NCBI GenBank assembly: GCA_040285855.1
Contig: JAUFOQ010000017.1
Coordinates: 1,550,001 to 1,614,000, forward strand
From: Eukaryota sp. GEM-RC1
Lineage: Eukaryota
Direction of reading: 5' to 3'
Length of the DNA stretch: 64,000 nucleotides
Below the pieces are notes generated by a model. That model was not told where the DNA came from. It saw only the letters and a list, made by a program, of their open reading frames with translations, and ran no database searches. A program made the position numbers and the translations under genes. Shown here in pieces: positions 60,480-64,000 of the stretch. Each line of letters begins with the position of its first letter. The first letter of the stretch is position 1.

Positions 60480-62110
60480 TTTAGTTCAAATTGAACTGAA
60501 GGGAAAACTGATTTAGTACTGAGAAACAGACAAAAAGAAACTAAATATAAATAAAGACTATTAAATGATACTATATAACTCAATTTAGTACAGTAGTTAC
60601 CACCAAACAACTTGACCAAAATAGAATCAATACATCTATACAAAGACCTAAAAATCGAAAAATCAAATCCACTCTTCCAGTACGACCTGTTAAACTCCTG
60701 TTCCCATTTGTTCAAACAATTTTAAAAACTCGTTAGTAGAAGAACCAAAATTTGCGTATATACATACAACAAAAGGTTAAAAGACAACAATATGGTGTCT
60801 TGGTGAATTGAATACAGCAATTACTATTATTATTACGTACTTTGATATTTTATCGTTCTCAGTGTCATGCAGCGGATCATTTGACTGTTTGCAATTTCTG
60901 AAGATTTGCAAGGGTTGACAGTCGTAAAATCAACTACAATTTGCTGGCACGACAACGAAGGGCAACAAAATCACCATGTTTCTCAATTCGCCTTAAACAT
61001 TTCCAAACATGTATCTGGGAGACCGTTTTGCAAAATTGAACGTCATTATAGGAACTTTGGACAATTGACCAAATGGTGAAATCTAGCATTATGTTTTTTA
61101 CACTACTAGAAGAAATAATCCAAACTGTCAGAAATCCAAAGGATGTCTCATATTATCAAACAATTCATGATCTTAAAAAAAAACGGGGTTTATGATCAGT
61201 CAGTGAAATAAATGCATTTGCAGAAGTTAATAACTAATAGACACTAACTAAAGTATCTAAACTAGGATCCTTCTGTCCATCACCGAACAACTTACCTAAA
61301 ATTGAATTAAAATATCTGTGCATTGAACGAAACAACGCAAACGTTAACCTACTCAACCAAAAATTTTCATTGAAAACTTTACCATACTCAGAACACAATT
61401 TACCAAAGGAAGTTAAAAATGATCTTTGAGATTAAAAGCAAAGCGAATCTCCTAGGTAATTGGCGAATACTTTAAAGTGTATTAGATACCAAAAAAGGTT
61501 TTTATTTGATATATATAAGAGTTTATTTGCAACAATAAATTAATACATACTAATTCAGAAAATGAAAGAAGTTACATCAGCACGGGAATTGTCCCTATAC
61601 AACTTCGAATAAATGGAACATTAATACTTGGGAATGCTTCTATAAAGAGCGAACATAATTCGATTACTAGTAATCCATACAGCGCTATTAAACACCTTGC
61701 CATTAGAACGACATAAAAGACTAAAATCGTTGATCAATCGTTTAATTTGATTATCGATATCTTTACTTTATTCTAAATGTAATAGACTAAACAACTAAAA
61801 TTTGATATCATTACAACAACACCCGTCGCTTTTTATATTTATAAAAGGTAAGCATCCTACCGAAATACGAATTTGTAAAAATAAATAATACTAATACTAA
61901 ATCCAAACGACTTCACCCTTATACAGTGAAAGATTACGCTTTCCAACATTGACTTTCACACAATCCTTGAAAAGTGACTCAACTATTCGAGAGAAATGAA
62001 GTTGTGTAATGAAAGTAGAAGTAACAGATACAGGAAACAAATCCTCCTAATCAACAGGATTCATATCATCGGCAAGATTTTGAAGTGATATAAGCCAGTG
62101 ACAAGGAGAA
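60480..62110 (-). mobile_element. Mosaic of degenerate CRE-like fragments, including a young family A 3' insertion at 61175-61418
   Basis: TSD ATGATCTT (61167-61174 / 61419-61426). Family F 3' end at 61555-61730 matches 12017-12190; family B and C 3' ends follow. Confidence 0.8.
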
Positions 62111-62601
62111 TATCGAATGTTGATTAGACCAGAGTAAGGGAAAACGTCACTTAAGTTCAAACCAAAAATCATATAGTATTATACTTTTCAGTTGAATCTA
62201 AATGATTCAACACAGCTAGAAACTTGACTTGCCGCTTGGTACCTCTAGCTTTATATTTTTGGGTCATTGATAAATGAAAAACCAATCTAGATGAGAAACA
62301 AGACGAGATTGGATATTATTGTTTTTCGATCACAACACAATTTCGAAAAGGAAATTATGAGAGGTGATGTAGAGATATTGATATCTCCTTTGTTGATGCT
62401 GATGGTATTCTTTATTTGATTATTTAATAATACGATTGTTGACATGACCGCGTAGAACATTACTGACTTCTAGTTGTAACTACTACATAGTAAGTTCGTC
62501 TTGAAACCGAACCAAATTGATGAATGGTGGTTTGAACGGAAACAAACAAACAATTGGCTTGATTGTACAAAAAGAATTTATAACATCATCTTTAAACAAA
62601 T

Positions 62602-64000
62602 CTAACAATGACTAGGAAGTTCGAATTTAGAATCATCAGCAGAGATAACTGAGTGGTTTGTGAGGTAGGAACACTCCATTTCTTCAGTAATCCAGTTGTC
62701 TTCACAGAGTTCCAATACAAATCCATCATTTGAAACACAGTTGGTGATATCATCACCCCAACTATTTTGATAAGCATAACGTTTACATGAAACTCCTCCA
62801 ATAACGTCATCATCTACATATTGGAAACCACTGGAAGGAATCGGCAAATGGTCAATGAAATCAGCAAGGTCCCAATCCTGGTAGTCAGAGCAGTTTGAAC
62901 CATCAAATGAGTACACATCAATACCTGTCAACAAATGATCTTGACCAGCATCTTCCCAAAACAAAAGACCTGAATGAAGGTTGAAACGAGCATTGGCAAA
63001 GGTTTCTCCTTCTCTTTCCAAAGTAGCAGCAAAGAAAAGTTCTTGATGGACAGGCTCAGAAGAACATTCTTCAGGAAGTTGGAAGTTTGCATGGCTGGAA
63101 CTAACTTCCTCGTGATTTGAAAACGTGGTGCACTGTGTACCAATGCAATGTCTAAGTATAAACCCATCTTCAGACAGACAAGTTCTAAAAGTACCAAACA
63201 AGTACTCGTAATTTGTGCATTCAACTCCATTGACTGTTTCAAGGCCAAGAACGTCGTGACTGTCGGCAACAATCATACCCATAACCGTGTTGTCAGTTTC
63301 CCAATCAGATTGACTGGAACACGTGCCATCTTCAACAGAGTAATGAGACCCGTCTTCAAAGAAGTTCTTGATACCATTTTGTTCATAATACAAAATTCCA
63401 TGTTCAAGTTTGTAAAAGGCATTCTCAATAGTTCCGTCATCAGTTTGAGAATCAGCAGAGAACACAAGTACTTGGTCAATAGACTCAGGAAGTACACAGT
63501 GTTCTGGTGGAGTAAATGCAGGATGGGCAGCAGATATTTCTTGATGATTGTTAAACTGGACACACTCGTCAGGTATACAGTGTTCCAAAAGGAATCCATC
63601 GTGGATGCACAAGTCAACAGTAAGTAATGCGAAGTCAGTCCTGAAGATCGTACAAGTCTGACCTAGAACTTCCTTGGTTTCATGGGTGTTAGTGGTGAAC
63701 ATGTTGATCTTCATCGTTAACAAAATGAATATAATGTCTTCTGTAGGATCCTCGACATGGCACATTTCAGGTGTGTGAATATACGTATGCTCTGGCGTGA
63801 AGAGCATAGATCCGTGTCCAGAATCCATTGTCATTTTGAGGTTAAAGAGGTCAACATTAGTATCAGGGTAGGAGTCGTCGGGGGGATAGAAGTCAGCAGT
63901 GAATGCAGTCTTTTGGATTGAAGAACAGTGGTGTTCTAGTGTTAATCTAGCATCGTTGGAAGAAAGTTCTTCGTGATCGGTAAATAGTTGGCAGTTTTCA
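62602..64000 (-). CDS. Tandem-domain Cys-patterned protein, ependymin-related (EPDR)-like; 5' end lies outside the window
   Basis: Frame is open to the window edge. About 135-aa repeats with G.(T/E/S)C..(F/Y), C...DG(F)(I/L/V)L..C, NH.(E/V)(I/V)S and F..P..C; at least 3 full repeats plus part of a fourth. Confidence 0.65.
   Translation of the reverse strand, partial: ENCQLFTDHEELSSNDARLTLEHHCSSIQKTAFTADFYPPDDSYPDTNVDLFNLKMTMDSGHGSMLFTPEHTYIHTPEMCHVEDPTEDIIFILLTMKINMFTTNTHETKEVLGQTCTIFRTDFALLTVDLCIHDGFLLEHCIPDECVQFNNHQEISAAHPAFTPPEHCVLPESIDQVLVFSADSQTDDGTIENAFYKLEHGILYYEQNGIKNFFEDGSHYSVEDGTCSSQSDWETDNTVMGMIVADSHDVLGLETVNGVECTNYEYLFGTFRTCLSEDGFILRHCIGTQCTTFSNHEEVSSSHANFQLPEECSSEPVHQELFFAATLEREGETFANARFNLHSGLLFWEDAGQDHLLTGIDVYSFDGSNCSDYQDWDLADFIDHLPIPSSGFQYVDDDVIGGVSCKRYAYQNSWGDDITNCVSNDGFVLELCEDNWITEEMECSYLTNHSVISADDSKFELPSHC

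Overview
AT-rich nuclear DNA from a gene-compact, flagellated microbial eukaryote using the standard genetic code. The very short intergenic spacers and the intron style suggest a metamonad/fornicate-like organism, but that assignment is inference. Gene islands (PDS5, MYST/Esa1 acetyltransferase, a ~1640-aa ARM/HEAT-like protein, tRNA-Gln, CNTD1-like cyclin, secreted LRR, Vps23, Rpn2, symplekin, DRC3, DDX52, CEP72-like, ependymin-like repeat protein) alternate with transposon graveyards. These contain roughly 7-8 distinct families of CRE-like non-LTR retrotransposons (RT plus restriction-like endonuclease; family letters below are my own labels) and MULE, hAT and pogo-type DNA elements with readable TIRs and TSDs. 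Many host genes are split by single-base indels in homopolymers, most likely long-read assembly errors. Two observations stand out. (1) One retrotransposon family ends in a sense-strand oligo(T) tail lying inside the target-site duplication, while sister families have ordinary AATAAA + poly(A) ends. (2) Four 26-31 nt spliceosomal introns have the branch point fused to the 3' splice site at a fixed distance. Boundaries of degenerate TE fragments are approximate.
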